DNA of 63,665 nt, filler included, from Octopus bimaculoides (lineage: Eukaryota): NCBI RefSeq assembly GCF_001194135.2. It is 5 parts of 5 records of this genome, joined end to end, with 100 filler letters (N's around TTAATTAATTAA, not from the genome) between each part and the next. Parts side by side here need not be neighbours in the genome. Positions count along the whole stretch, not along the records: positions 12,214 to 31,347 come from NC_069007.1; positions 31,448 to 41,224 come from NC_068981.1; 3 more parts are not named here. One strand, 5' to 3'. The position numbers were made by a program, and so were the translations under genes. Below, piece by piece: positions 26,383 through 38,837 of this stretch. Each line of letters opens with the position of its first letter. The first letter of the stretch is position 1. Under the pieces are notes generated by a model. It had not been told where the DNA came from. It searched no databases and worked only from the letters and a program-made list of their open reading frames with translations.

Positions 26383-27482
26383 TATGTACATATGTACATA
26401 TGTATGTGTGTGTGTATTTGCAGAAAATGTAAATCTAGATCTTTGTGTTGCACAAACAATGAACTCATCAATGATTAGTAATCTCTGTCTAATTAACCCT
26501 GCATAATTATGTGTGTTTAATTACGTATTGCAGGGAGCTCAGTGGTTGGGGGTCAATGCACCCCTCTGCAAAGTGACCTGTGAAGGTGGTAGAATGTACA
26601 CATTGATTAGTTGTGTCAGAGGTCAGTTGATAGAAGTCAATGAAGCTTTGGTTGATAATCCTCAACTGATCCTTGAAAAGGTAAGTGAACCATCGCCTTA
26701 ATGACAGTGTGTGTGTGTGTGTATGTGTGTTTATATATATATATGTATGTGTAATGTGTGTGTGTAGTGAAATCGAAATCGTAATTGAACCATACTCGTT
26801 GACTGGCACCTGCGCCCAGTGGAGCACTAACAGCACTGTCCGAGCGTGTTCATTGCCAGAGCAGCTGTCTGGCTTCCGTGCTAGTGGCCCGTAAATAGCA
26901 CCATTTGAGCGTAATCATTACCAGCATCGCCTTCTAGCACTTGTGCTGGTGGCACGTTAGAAAATCATTCGAGCGAGGTCGTTGCCAGTGCCACTGGACT
27001 GGCTCCCATGCAAGTGGCACGTAAAATACACCATTTTGAGCGTGGTCGTTGCCAGTACCGTGTGACTGGCCCTTGTGCCGGTGGCACGTAAAAGCACCCA
27101 CTACACTCTCTGAGCGGTTGGCATTAGGAAGGGCATCCAGCTGTAGAAATTCTGCCAAATCAGATTGGAGCCTGGTGCAGCCTTCTGGCTTGCCAGTCCT
27201 CAGTCAAATTGTCCAACCCATGCTAGCATGGAAAGCGGATGTTAAACAATTATGGTGATGATTTGAGGTGAGTGTGACAGGGTAATACGAGTTAATCTGA
27301 AATGCCTACTACAGTTTGGAATTTCTTTTCAGCCTCAGTCTGATGGTTATATCGCAATTGTCCTTCCACGACTTGATGAACACAACCAAGAAATTGATAA
27401 ACTACTGTCTGAAGAAGAATATCAGAAAGTCTTACAAGAGAGACAGGCGGAGCCAACCAATAATGATTCCAAGACTTCGTAA
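13854..27482 (+). CDS. ABITRAM: ABITRAM/FAM206A (Simiate) complete gene: join(13854..13977,24095..24146,24883..25012,26534..26680,27333..27482), 200 aa
   Basis: Five exons with GT-AG sites and matching phases (1,2,0,0) give a 603-nt open frame. Motifs PSVVERYY, EDQCVLIHSNRVC, NKVSGKSKRGAQ, SCVRGQLIEVNE and EKPQSDGYIAIVLP are collinear with vertebrate ABITRAM as I recall it. Confidence 0.95.
14418..15171 (-). mobile_element. SINE family C split by a ~410-bp nested insertion
   Basis: 14418-14730 and ~15141-15171 together match the uninterrupted copy at 50056-50381. Confidence 0.75.
14743..14956. mobile_element. Mutator/foldback-like MITE with telomeric repeats and a 10-bp TSD
   Basis: TSD CATGGTTTCT at 14733-14742 and 14957-14966; ~95-bp imperfect arms starting GG; (CCCTAA)2CCC and (GGGTTA)3GGG at the inner ends. 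Confidence 0.85.
15999..16340 (-). mobile_element. RTE-clade LINE reverse-transcriptase fragment, internally deleted
   Basis: KAIKDMKKGRAPGPSGKTAEMLK and KGD-like RGDVLDRNNYRGIKLLDQVMKVIERI. Confidence 0.85.
16379..16544. mobile_element. hAT-type MITE
   Basis: C(G/A)GGGC...GCCCTG TIRs; 8-bp flanks CATGTATA / CATGTATG (7 of 8 match). Confidence 0.7.
16820..17038. mobile_element. piggyBac-like MITE
   Basis: TTAA|CCCTTT ... AGGGG|TTAA. Confidence 0.7.
17285..17770 (+). mobile_element. SINE family A, full length, diverged
   Basis: Reverse complement of the 651-1052 architecture. Confidence 0.8.
18870..19022 (-). mobile_element. 3' end of the same family as 48361-48836, cut by an N gap
   Basis: Near-identical reverse complement of 48685-48836. 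Confidence 0.7.
19925..20285 (-). mobile_element. SINE related to family F, with a different tail
   Basis: Head shared with 13290-13550 (CTAACCACT.AGCCA..GCCTCCAC on +). Confidence 0.65.
21777..21995 (+). mobile_element. SINE family B, little-diverged copy (central domain resembles the conserved Meta-type SINE domain)
   Basis: GGCGGTGAGCTGGCAGAAACG head; GCCTTTCATCCTTTCGGGGTCGA..AATAAGTACCAG; AAAGAAATA tail; ACACACATA direct flanks. Confidence 0.85.
22455..22855. repeat. 17-bp quasi-palindromic minisatellite (GCCTTGGGTTCACTCAA), about 20 units
   Basis: Head-to-tail units with no spacers. Confidence 0.9.
23724..23986. repeat. 22-bp minisatellite (AGAAGTTACGGAAAACAGAAAA), about 12 units
   Basis: Near-perfect tandem units ending ~110 bp before ABITRAM exon 2. 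Confidence 0.92.
24095..24146 (+). CDS. ABITRAM: ABITRAM exon 2 (N-VFQHKNEDQCVLIHSN-R)
   Basis: Acceptor tttacag and donor AG|gtgtgt. The 52-nt exon preserves frame and matches CEDHCILQHSNR. Confidence 0.9.
24883..25012 (+). CDS. ABITRAM: ABITRAM exon 3 (VCLVTVAQSHPLFTENHKVVNISFQVSACLNRMNNKVSGKSKR)
   Basis: Polypyrimidine tract with tttacag acceptor; donor CGG|gtgagt; NKVSGK.KR motif. Confidence 0.95.
25904..26243 (+). mobile_element. SINE family D (RTE-like (GAT)n tail) with internal tandem repeats
   Basis: GGCGTTAGGAAGGGCATCCAGCTGTAG body; ...CGTTAAACGATGATGATG tail. Confidence 0.8.
26534..26680 (+). CDS. ABITRAM: ABITRAM exon 4 (GAQWLGVNAPLCKVTCEGGRMYTLISCVRGQLIEVNEALVDNPQLILEK)
   Basis: ttgcag acceptor and AAG|gtaagt donor; 147 nt; strong family motif. 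Confidence 0.95.
26880..27262 (+). mobile_element. SINE family D, second copy
   Basis: Collinear with 25904-26243. Confidence 0.8.
27333..27482 (+). CDS. ABITRAM: ABITRAM exon 5, terminal (PQSDGYIAIVLPRLDEHNQEIDKLLSEEEYQKVLQERQAEPTNNDSKTS*)
   Basis: tttcttttcag acceptor; TAA at 27480-27482; matches PSTEGYIAVVLPK...LL...Y. Confidence 0.95.
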   Translation, partial: PQSDGYIAIVLPRLDEHNQEIDKLLSEEEYQKVLQERQAEPTNNDSKTS

Positions 27483-27572
27483 CCAAAACATCCTTGTATG
27501 TTCCTGTTTTATGTCTGCCAAAGCCAAAACAGGAAAAGATGGTTTCATTCATTTTGTAAATAGGTTTTTCAT

Positions 27573-27578
27573 AATAAA
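27573..27578 (+). terminator. Candidate polyadenylation signal AATAAA of ABITRAM
   Basis: First AATAAA about 90 nt after the stop, followed by a GT/T-rich tract (tgttgttgtt). Confidence 0.5.
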
Positions 27579-28189
27579 ATCCATTTCTCCATGATGATGT
27601 TGTTGTTGTTCTTTAGCCCCAGGTCAAGTAGCTGACCTGACTTGCAATCAGGGGTATTTCATCCATGCCTGCCCTATAATTTTTATTCTTTTTTGTTCAG
27701 GAATTCTGTATTATTTACAACATTTTTCATTATTTCCATTTTTTGGGCTTCGTATATTTTACTCCAGTGTCACTTTGATGGCATGCACTACTCTCTCAGT
27801 CAATTATAATAATCATCAGTATATGTCTTAAAAAGTGGGGAACAAAACTTAAAGATGGGAAGGTCATGAATGGATACTTCTGGCAATAGATCTACTGCCT
27901 TTATTCTTTTGAACACACTATTAGTACACTGTTATCACACCCTGAATACACTGTCAGTACACTTACACTTCATCCTCAATATACTGACTGTTCACTCTGA
28001 TACACTGCCAGTGGTATCATCACACCAGGAATATACACTGTCAATACATTTGACACACCTTCAATACACTGTTATCTGATCCTTAACACTACCAATATGC
28101 TATCAGGCAAACAAACTGCACACTGTCACCTCATCCAGAATATAGAATTAATACACTGACGTTTGGTTGTTAACCCATCATTACTATAT

Positions 28190-28560
28190 AAGCCTATATC
28201 TAATTTCTTGTCTTTACTGGCGAAAAACTCTTCCAGGTAAATTTTTACATCCTCTTCTTAGTTGAAGATTCGTCCAGTCAAGGATATTTTACCCGACCGA
28301 AATAAGCAGTGCTCTGAAAGCATAAAGTTGGGAGAATATGAAGGGTGAGACAAAACCAACCAGCCAAGCCCCAGTCACTTCTATCTTGACTGCAAAGAAG
28401 TGTGCAGTCTGGTATTCTCGTGTTGAAAGATTACGATTAGTAAATGTTGGCCGCTTCTAGTGGGATCCCTGCGATTCATTTGTCCAGCTAGTCACAGTAC
28501 ACATCTGAATTGATGGTCCTGTTCATTGGAAGAAGCTCATGAAATATAACAACCTTCCAC
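28190..28560 (-). mobile_element. Fossil mariner transposase C-terminal fragment
   Basis: WKVVIFHELLPMNRTINSDVYC, FQHENTRLHTS (compare HDNARPHT), HPSYSPN (compare HPPYSPD), EFFASKDK; multiple stops. Confidence 0.8.
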
Positions 28561-28591
<31 letters not shown>

Positions 28592-30464
28592 GAGAGAGAG
28601 AGAGAGATTTTTCATAGTTTGATAAATACCAATGCACGAAACTCTCGGTCGTTGAGTTACACTGCTGCTTCGGCTAAATATTCTTTTCTACTCTAGATCG
28701 ACCCAGTACGCAACTGGACCTTAATTTATCCTTTTCTATTCTAGGTACAAGGCCAGAAATTGTTTGTGGGGAGCCAGTCGCTTATATCGACCCCAGTGTG
28801 CAACTGGTACTTAATTTATCGACTCCGAAAGGGTGAGAGGCAAAGTCAACCTCGGCGGAATTTGAACTCAAAACATAAAGGCATACGAAATACTACTAAG
28901 CATTTCGCCCGCCGTGTTGNNNNNNNNNNNNNNNNNNNNNNNNNNNNNNNNNNNNNNNNNNNNNNNNNNNNNNNNNNNNNNNNNNNNNNNNNNNNNNNNN
29001 NNNNNNNNNNNNNNNNNNNACTAATAAAGTTTTTACTTTGAAGACCCTGTAGGAAGTTGAAAAGAAGTTGTGGAGTTTATAACAGATGTTGGAGAAAGAG
29101 AGGATTATGTGAGTGGGCTAAATGACTATGTACTTATGCATTTAATTGGGTTGTCACTTATCTTTCAATTTTTAGTGAATATTTTCCGAAGTGTCTTCAT
29201 TTATTGTAAATATCTAATCTGACATTTAGATATTCAACAGATTAATCGAGCTTCTTAACAATAAAATATTAAAAAAAAACAAATTATACATAATCCAAAA
29301 TATTTTTTCCCAATTCTGCCTTGCATTTCGAGTGCCTTGCATTATATGGCAAATACAATTTGTTGTTTTCAATGTTCTAACATAACTACTTAATTTATTT
29401 GCGTTATTATTTTCTCTATTCCTAAATAGAGAAGTATTGTCGGTATACGGTTGTTTGAATCTGCTTTCCAGTATACCAACATAGCATTTATGGTCGCTGT
29501 ATAGATTTAATTTTCATTCCTGTTGGTGCAGTTTGCCATACCTCACTTATAGTCGTTACTTTACTTCTGATTAAGATTTTTATATTGCTGGTACAACCAG
29601 AGCTCAGTTTTAAGTTATCTCAGCCAAAAATATCCTGTAACGATGATCAATGGTGAAAAGTTTATTTATTATGACTAAACAAGAGTGGCTGTGTGGTAAG
29701 TAGCTTGCTTACCAACCACATGGTTCTGGGCTCAGTTCCACTGCGTGGCACCTTGGGCAAGTGTCTTCTACTATAGCTTGGGGCCGACCAAAGCCTCGAA
29801 ATTGCTAAATGTATTGATGAAAGATATTTTTAAAGTTTGTCTTATGTATGGTCGTTGGCATTCTGTGAAATGACCAACACTTCGTTTCTATAGAAGCCTA
29901 TATCTTAAGTACTGAATTTCCTTTTTGTGTCCAAGATACACAGACTGACAGAACCGTATATCTTTGCGCTGCCAAGAATATATCTTTGTTGTCTTCGGAC
30001 GAACCAGTGGTATCTCTTTTCACTAATCTTGATAAAATTTTTGCCGCAAAGCGGGGTGTTCTTGAAATGTATAATATCTACATCATTGTCATATATAGTG
30101 TTAGACATCTTAACAAATTCTAGGACTCTGATCTATAATGATTTCGAGATAAAGAAGTGAAATTCCACAATATCGAATCGCGTGAATGTGGAATCACTTC
30201 TGTTACTATTTTTTAAAACCAACTGAGGATGGTAACGAAATTATCCCATTGCCAAAGATTAGTAATCTTCTTAATTTTATCATTAACGTTATTTTTTTTT
30301 TACCGCTTAATCCAGTCTCGATCTAATTTTCCAGAGTTTGAATTTTGGATTAGAAGCGAAACTCTCCTTATGGTTTCGAAGTGTGACACACATTTCATGT
30401 TTACCTAATCATTCTTATTTTCGATTGGGTTTATTTTTATTGTTTGTGAGCTGTAGCGTTTACT

Positions 30465-30902
30465 CTTTACTCTCTTTTACTCTTTTACTTGTTTCAGCCA
30501 TTTGACTGCGGCCATGCTGGAGCACCGCCTTTAGTCGAGCAAATCCACTCCAGGACTTGTTCTTTGTAAGCCTAGTACTTATTCTATCGGAGTCTCTTTT
30601 GCCGAACCGCTAAGTTACGGAGACATAAACACACCAGCATCGGTTGTCAAGCGATGTTGGGGGTGGTGGTGGTGATAAACACAGACACACAAACACACAC
30701 ACACACATATATATACATATATACATATACATATACATATATACGACGGGCTTCTTTCAGTTTCCGTCTACCAAATCCACTCACAAGGATTTGGGTCGGC
30801 CCGAGGCTATAGTAGAAGACACTTGCCCAAGGTGCCACACAGTGGGACTGAAACCGGAACCATGTGGTTAGCAAGCAAGCTACTTACCACACGGCCACTC
30901 CT
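30465..30902 (-). mobile_element. SINE family A, full length
   Basis: Collinear with 651-1052. Confidence 0.85.
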
Positions 30903-30929
30903 GCGTTTCTTACAGTCTGAGTGATACCA

Positions 30930-31230
30930 ACCCTAACGCAAAGGTGAGAAAGATAAAGAAATACAAAAGCCTAACCGGCCGCTACCAGTTTGGGCTGCTC
31001 GCCGTCGAGACTTCAGATATTCTCGAACTCCATACTACTGACTTTCTCCACAAAATCGGGATAACTGCGGCACGTCTGAGAAATGAGTCCCACGAGGTGT
31101 GGTGGTTACCGCAGCGAATGTCGGTCGCTGGCCATTTTCCACGGCACCGCCTTTACATTTATGTCATGAAGCGCAGCTGAACACGCCATTGTCCCGGGGT
31201 GTACAACCTGTCACTCTCCACTCCATCTTC
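30930..31230 (+). mobile_element. 3' fragment of a non-LTR retroelement with a restriction-like endonuclease (CRE-like)
   Basis: KIKKYKSL..YQFGLLAVET...FLHKIG....NESHEVWWLPQRMSVA resembles the K..KY...F.P.AVET.G...FL..IG...L.QRLSVAVQRGNA motif. Confidence 0.65.
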
Positions 31231-31347
31231 TGTAACTTAATTCCTCTCCTCTTGTTTTTGTTATTTTCTTTGTTTCCTTGGTAGTTATAGGTTTTTCTCT
31301 CTCGATAAATTGATCTTTTATACCTTTAATAATTTTTTCTTTTCTAC

Positions 31348-31447
31348 NNNNNNNNNNNNNNNNNNNNNNNNNNNNNNNNNNNNNNNNNNNNTTAATTAAT
31401 TAANNNNNNNNNNNNNNNNNNNNNNNNNNNNNNNNNNNNNNNNNNNN
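31348..31447. other. Artificial scaffold-joining spacer
   Basis: 44N-TTAATTAATTAA-44N. Confidence 0.93.
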
Positions 31448-31756
31448 TTAAACGATGATGATGATGATGATACTCACACACATGCACACTTATTTAATAG
31501 GTTTGTACAATTGGCACATACACAAGCAATCACAAGTCTCATACTATCTGTAGTGTTGAAATATTTAATTTTATTCTTAGTGGGTGTGTGGTAAGTAGCT
31601 TGCTTACCAACCACATGGCCCCGGGTTCAGTCCCACTGTGTGGCACCTTGGACAAGTGTTTTCTGCTAGAGCCTTGGGCTGACCAAAGCCTTGGGCTGAC
31701 CAAAGCCTTGTGAGTGGATTTGGTAGACGGAAACTGGAAGAAGCCTGTCGTATATG

Positions 31757-31787
<31 letters not shown>

Positions 31788-32500
31788 ATAAACTAACAAT
31801 CCACAAAAGAACTCAATATAAATGAAGAGAGCAGTATATGTGTTTATTTAGACCCATTCAGATCAACAGGCCACTGGGTGGATGGATGGATGGATGGATA
31901 GATAGATATAGATATATATAAAGGAAAAAAAAAATGATTAAAAAATTCAGACAGTTATCAATAAAGCATACAGTATTAAAGGAATTTGGTTAACTATATC
32001 CAGCAATCAGACACTAAAAAATACAAGCAGAATACACATCCAAGGTAATTCTTCGAGTATAAGTAGATCCAGATATCATTTACAAGAATTTTTCAGAAAT
32101 TCAGAGTATTATACAATATTTTCTATATCTGAATATGTTGATACAACAGAAACAATTGTTAGTTTTTAAGGTGCATTTTACAATTAAAGATGTGATTTTC
32201 TCTATATATATTTTTGTTATATATATAAACTTAATAATAATATACATAATTATTAAGTCATACATACATACATAATTATATAATCATATATATTTTTTTA
32301 ATTTACTTTATTTTATTAAACCTTTTTTTTGATGTCCTTCCAAAAATTCCTCAAACTGATCTACCAAATCCACTCACAAGGCTTTGGTAAGCCCGAAGAT
32401 ACAGTACAAGACACTCATGCAAGGTGCCACACAGTGGGACTGAACCCGGAACAATGTGGTTGGAAAGCAAGCTTCTTACCACACAGCCACACATGCACCT

Positions 32501-32541
<41 letters not shown>

Positions 32542-32570
32542 TACACAAATACATATATACCTACATATAC

Positions 32571-32635
<65 letters not shown>

Positions 32636-33548
32636 TATACATACACAAATATATGTACGTGTACATATATATACACACACACACATATTCATACATATAA
32701 TACATAAACACACACACATTCATATATGTACATACGCAAATAAGCATGCGTACACGCATGCACACAACCACAATCTCTTTTATTCCTTTCAAGTTTAATC
32801 ACTGAACTGCTGTCGCTGGGTAGCTGCGTTCAAAGTTACTTTGCTTGATTATATCACCGAAAGTACTTAATCCGCTACTTATTTTATCAAATGGTGTAAA
32901 GTAACTTAATTCAAATGAAATCAATACCTCAATACTTCAAAATTATTTTTTTAATACTGGCAGAAGTGAAAGACAGATTCCATCTTGCAAACCTCACAAT
33001 TGAGCAGCACCATGAAAAATTTTTAGCCAAATGAATCGACCCCTATACCTTTCTTTTTGTTTTAAAGCCTGGTATTTATTCTATTGGTCTCTTTGCTGAA
33101 CCACTAAGTTATGGGGACATAAGCATACCAGCACTGGTTGTCAAGTGATGGAGGACGATAAATACACATACACACAGACTTCTGTGTCTGTTTTGAGAGG
33201 GTTTTTACAGTTGGATACACTTCCTAACACCAACCACCCAGTAGAGTGGACCCAACCACCGATATCATATATCATCAACCTCATACACCTGCTTGTTGTT
33301 TATACACCTGTCTTCATCTTCTTGTTTTTCTGTAAATTTCAACTATAAATATATATGATGGGTTTCTTTGAGTTTCGGTCAACCAAAGCCACTTACAAGG
33401 CTTTGTTCAGCCTGAGGTTATAGTAGAAGGCACTTGCCCAAGGTGCCATGCAATGGGACTGAACGTGGAACCATGTAGTTGGGAAGCAAGCTTCTTACTA
33501 CAAAGCCACGCCTGTGTAAATCTGTAAATGCTTTCATGGTTGGAAAGG

Positions 33549-33587
<39 letters not shown>

Positions 33588-33699
33588 TCGTTATCACCAT
33601 CATTGTTTAACACCCACTATTCCATGCTGGCATGGGTGTATATGTGTGTGTGTATACACGCACACACACATGCTGAAACACGTGTGTATATACATATTC

Positions 33700-34067
33700 T
33701 TTTATTTGTTTCAGTCATTTGACTGTAGCCATGCTGGAGCACCACCTTTAGTTGAACAAATCGACTCTAGAACTTATTCTTTGTAAGCCTAGTACTTATC
33801 CTATCAATCTCTTTTGCCGAACCACTAAGTTACGGGGACGTAAACACAACATTAGTCGTCAAGTGATGGTGGGGGGACAAACATATACATATATATAGAT
33901 ATATACACGACGGGCTTCTTTCAGTTTTCGTCTACCAAAATCCATTCACAAGGCTTTGGTCAGCCCAAGGTTATAGTAGAAGACACTTGTCCAAAGTGCC
34001 ACACAGTGGAACTGAGCCTGGAACCATGTGATTGGTAAGCTAGCTACTTACCACACAGTCACTCCTG

Positions 34068-34068
<1 letters not shown>
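33700..34068 (-). mobile_element. SINE family A, full length
   Basis: Collinear with 651-1052. Confidence 0.8.
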
Positions 34069-34100
<32 letters not shown>

Positions 34101-34474
34101 TNNNNNNNNNNTAAATCTCTCTAAAACCACACACTGTACACTGTTACATAAAAATAAAAAAACATAGGGATAACGTCTGGGACACACATATACACCTACT
34201 CACATATACATATGTCTGGTGTTGTTGCTACATGAAAGGTAGCGGTGCTGGTGCCATGTGAAAAGCACCCAACACACTGTGAAGTGGTTGGCATTAGGAA
34301 AGGCATCCCAACCATAGAAACCAAACAGAAATAATGGAGCCTAGTACCAGCTCCTATCAAATCATCCAACCCATGCCAGCATGGAAGATGGATGTTAAAT
34401 GATGATATACATACATATTCACTTTATATATATATAAACATATGTATACATATATACAAATAAACATATAACAC

Positions 34475-34650
34475 ATCATCATCATCGTCGTTTAACATCC
34501 GCTTTCCATGCTAGCATGGGTTGGACGATTTGACTGAGGACTGGTGAAACCAGATGGCTACACCAGGCTCCAATCTGATCTGGCAGAGTTTCTACAGCTG
34601 GATGCCCTTCCTAACGCCAACCACTCAGAGAGTGTAGTGGGTGCTTTTTA
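34475..34650 (-). mobile_element. SINE family D, cut by an N gap
   Basis: Reverse complement of 26075-26243. Confidence 0.8.
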
Positions 34651-35167
34651 NNNNNNNNNNNNNNNNNNNNNNNNNNNNNNNNNNNNNNNNNNNNNNNNNN
34701 NNNNNNNNNNNNNNNNNNNNNNNNNNNNNNNNNNNNNNNNNNNNNNNNNNNNNNNNNNNNNNNNNNNNNNNNNNNNNNNNNNNNNNNNNNNNNNNNNNNN
34801 NNNNNNNNNNNNNNNNNNNNNNNNNNNNNNNNNNNNNNNNNNNNNNNNNNNNNNNNNNNNNNNNNNNNNNNNNNNNNNNNNNNNNNNNNNNNNNNNNNNN
34901 NNNNNNNNNNNNNNNNNNNNNNNNNNNNNNNNNNNNNNNNNNNNNNNNNNNNNNNNNNNNNNNNNNNNNNNNNNNNNNNNNNNNNNNNNNNNNNNNNNNN
35001 NNNNNNNNNNNNNNNNNNNNNNNNNNNNNNNNNNNNNNNNNNNNNNNNNNNNNNNNNNNNNNNNNNNNNNNNNNNNNNNNNNNNNNNNNNNNNNNNNNNN
35101 NNNNNNNNNNNNNNNNNNNNNNNNATGTATGCACATGCACAAATATATATACACATACATATATACA

Positions 35168-35225
<58 letters not shown>

Positions 35226-38200
35226 TACAAATACATATAGACAAGCATATATATATATATACATACATATGCATAAATATATATATATACATACACACAT
35301 ACACATGCATATATATATACATACACACATGCATATATATATACATATACACATGCATATATATACATACATATACACATGCATATATATATACATACTT
35401 ATACACATGCATATATATATGCATATACACATGCATATATATATATATACACATGCATAAATATATATATATATACACATGCATATATATACATACATAT
35501 ATATATACATACACATATATTCATACATACATACATACATATATATATATACACACACATATATACATACATACGTATACATACACATACATATGCACGC
35601 ATAGATACATGCAGATATATGCATATACACACATGCACATCCATATATACACATACACACACACGCACATATACACATACATACATATATATATAAATTA
35701 TACTATAAGGCTAAGAAAATCAGATTTTTTTTTATTCAGTCACTGATAAAAATTGATGCATTCAAGTTCAAATTATTTAGCGTTATTTGTTATTAAAAAT
35801 TCTCAGCGTGTAAAGCAATTAAACAGACGGTTAAAAAATCACAAGATATAGAAATCAATTTTCTGTAAAAATGATGGAATATGGAAAAGTAGGAGGGGAG
35901 GGAGGATGAATTTATTTACAAACAGGAACAGAACTGATACTGTTTAAAGCTACATGCAGAATCAAAACAAAAGAAAAAAAAAGAAAATTCATTACAATTA
36001 TCAAATTAAATTAAAGCATAGAATACTATAAAATATTTTGTGTAATATGTAGATATATGTGAGGTGTGTATCTGTGTGTGAATGTGTCTATGTTGTTATG
36101 GAGTGGAAGCGTAGAATTAGTGCAATATTTTTTTTAATTGGAAATTTTTGATTAAGAAGAAAAGATTCAAGTCGAGAAATATCGAACTAGATAAGCTGAA
36201 AGCATCCAACCAGCTTGGAACTCTGCGACTGTATCCACCGCGATTCTATGTCTATTTACACACGCACACGCGCGCGATGTGTATCAGGGTGTCAAAAAGA
36301 GAGAGAGTATGTGAGAGACAGAGGCGCGTGGTTTTTTTTTTAAAGAATTCATTTAAAAATACAAAATCTCCCAAGAAAACAACCAAACCTTATAAAAAAA
36401 AGAACTATGAAATACCACAGAAAGCAAATAAGCGACGTTCTTTTTTTTCGTTATTCCCAATACAATTACCATGAAAACATGGAAGGGAAATCATTAGACG
36501 AAAACCACACAGTATGGTTGGTTAATTCTGGGGGATTCGGTAGCACGAATTCAAACGATTTCCCGCTAGTAGTTGTGGCAAAGCGCTCTCGAACAGACAG
36601 ATAGAAAGCGAGTGTACACAAGCAGCTATGTCGAAATAATTTCTACTATGCCTGTTGCTGCTGTTATATATATATATATTAATTATGCTATAAACATACA
36701 TATTATCTTGACTATTTTATGTAGAACAAAAGACTGCATTGTTTTAAGTGTTTCGAGATTTTTTTTGTTTTGTTTGGTATGAAAAAAAAGGAAAGAAAAT
36801 ATACGAAAGATGAAATTAAATAAACGACAAAATTATTACTTAAAACCAATATGTAAAGATGTGGAAATAAAATTAGTATAATGTAAAATGATTAAGATTG
36901 TTGACATGGTGGAAAAAAAGAATGAATTGAAAGAGACGTGAAAAACGGAGCCAAGGTTACTACAGATCCAAACTATAAAGTGATAGCATTGCGATTAGGA
37001 GGGAGGAAGATTTGTTCATGGAGCGAGGAGGATAGCATATAAATTGATGGTAAAAGTATGAACGGAGGCAATAAAGGGACCTTAATAACTGCTCATGAAT
37101 ATATGAATATTATTGTAGTTGCACATTAGCTGTCAAATGTAATGCAGCGGGGGAAATAATGGGCGATTGATTAAAATAATCCCTGAGTAATAAAATATAT
37201 TTAGCGTACTTTAATATTTGAAACGTACACGCATATGTAGAGAGGAAGAGAGAGTGAGCGAAACTTTTGGTCCTTCATTCATTTATGTAACCTCACAGCC
37301 GAATAAATAACGCATTCTTATATCTTGTTTGTTCCAAACACACACATACTTATATATATATGTGTGTGTAATTTTATATATACAGAGACAGAAAGAGTGT
37401 ATAAACATTACGTGAGCGCGCCTGTGTGTGTATACGTATAATATATATGCATATGTTTTTATATATATATATATATATATGTATGTTGTTGACGCGCTCA
37501 AATCTATGATAATCGTCTACTTTCGACAGGATGAATGAGGGAAAAAAAAAACATTTATTTCTAATATAACAAAAAAAAAGACAAAAATGCAAGAAAAAAA
37601 ATAACAAAAACGGTGATCAAGACCGATAACTCTGGTAGTCAGGATTCAAACAGAGATGATTCATTCCGTTGTTGAATGTTTACAAACTTCCACAGTTTGA
37701 GCTTAGATTCGGACAGTCGCAGACAAACAAACACACACACAAAACGTTTAGTCTTCAACAAACGCATCTTGTAAATTCACCTCGAATATTTATCAACGTA
37801 GATATCATAAAAATATACGTAAAAAAGAAGGGACATTTTGAACGATAGATGGTATTACAGGAAATAAGGTTTAGAATAAAATAACAATGTAACCAGCAAA
37901 TAAAAGATAGATTTTTTTTCTTTTTTTAAACCAGTGAAAAAACAAAATGAATTAGATTAAGCGCGGCTTGCTTTGCTATGGTCAGCAACGCGTTTGTTTT
38001 TGTATGTTTGAAGTTGCAATAAAGAAAAATTAAGTGTCAATGTTTACCAATGTTTATTTTATTTATAATAATTTGTTTATGTTTAATGCATTAATGACAG
38101 AGTATTATATATATATATTAAAATATTGTCTGTTATATTCACATGTAAATCTTCAAACGCAGAATGCAAGCATCTCTAGAAAAGCCCGGCAAAATGAATT

Positions 38201-38468
38201 CTGTACATATATATATGTGTGTATATATACACCCATATATATATATATATATATATCATACATACACAGACACAAATACGTATATATATATATATATATA
38301 CATANNNNNNNNNNACACACACAAATACGTATATATACATATATATATACATATATATGTATATATTTTTTTTTTCCAGTTATATATATAAACACCTACA
38401 TATTTATAAAGTTGTTTATCGGATTATAGCTATCATTTTTATTGTGAAGCTAGGTACAAGCCAAACTC

Positions 38469-38506
<38 letters not shown>

Positions 38507-38694
38507 GTATATGCATACATATATAGATTAGATATATAGATAGATTTGATAATTCGAGGTTTAAACAAACGTAACGCGAGAAGGGAGAGGAAGAGAGAAA
38601 CAAGTTAAACAACGAGTAACAAACAAACGACAGACAAAAGTAGCTGCCTTTAACGACATATGCATGGGCAGAATGCAAGCGCAAGCAAACTTAC

Positions 38695-38832
38695 TGCTTT
38701 TAGTCTATCTACAAGTTGAGGTTTGCTGCCACCCTTGGGAAGGCCTCGTTTGTCCAGTTCTCTTTTAAGATCTATAACCCGGAGGTCATCAACTGGTTTT
38801 CCATCCAAATGAATCTCTTCATCGTCCGCCAT
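38695..38832 (-). CDS. ACIN1: Acinus (apoptotic chromatin condensation inducer 1) first coding exon, SAP domain; remaining exons not found in this piece
   Basis: MADDEEIHLDGKPVDDLRVIDLKRELDKRGLPKGGSKPQLVDRLKA aligns to human [46 protein letters not shown]. 46 codons followed by donor GCA|gtaagt (phase 0). Confidence 0.9.
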
Positions 38833-38837
38833 TTTTG
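38826..38837 (-). promoter_or_regulatory. YY1/Pho-like motif (CAAAAATGGCGG) overlapping the ACIN1 start codon
   Basis: Match to the AAAATGGCGG consensus, common at housekeeping-gene starts; binding is not shown. Confidence 0.35.

Noticed and set aside
36407-36604. Possible ACIN1 exon 2 or other ORF
   Set aside because: No similarity to the Acinus sequence that follows the SAP domain, and no clear acceptor.
13854-38832. ABITRAM nested antisense within ACIN1 intron 1
   Set aside because: An artificial linker at 31348-31447 separates the two genes, and no downstream ACIN1 exon was found to the left.
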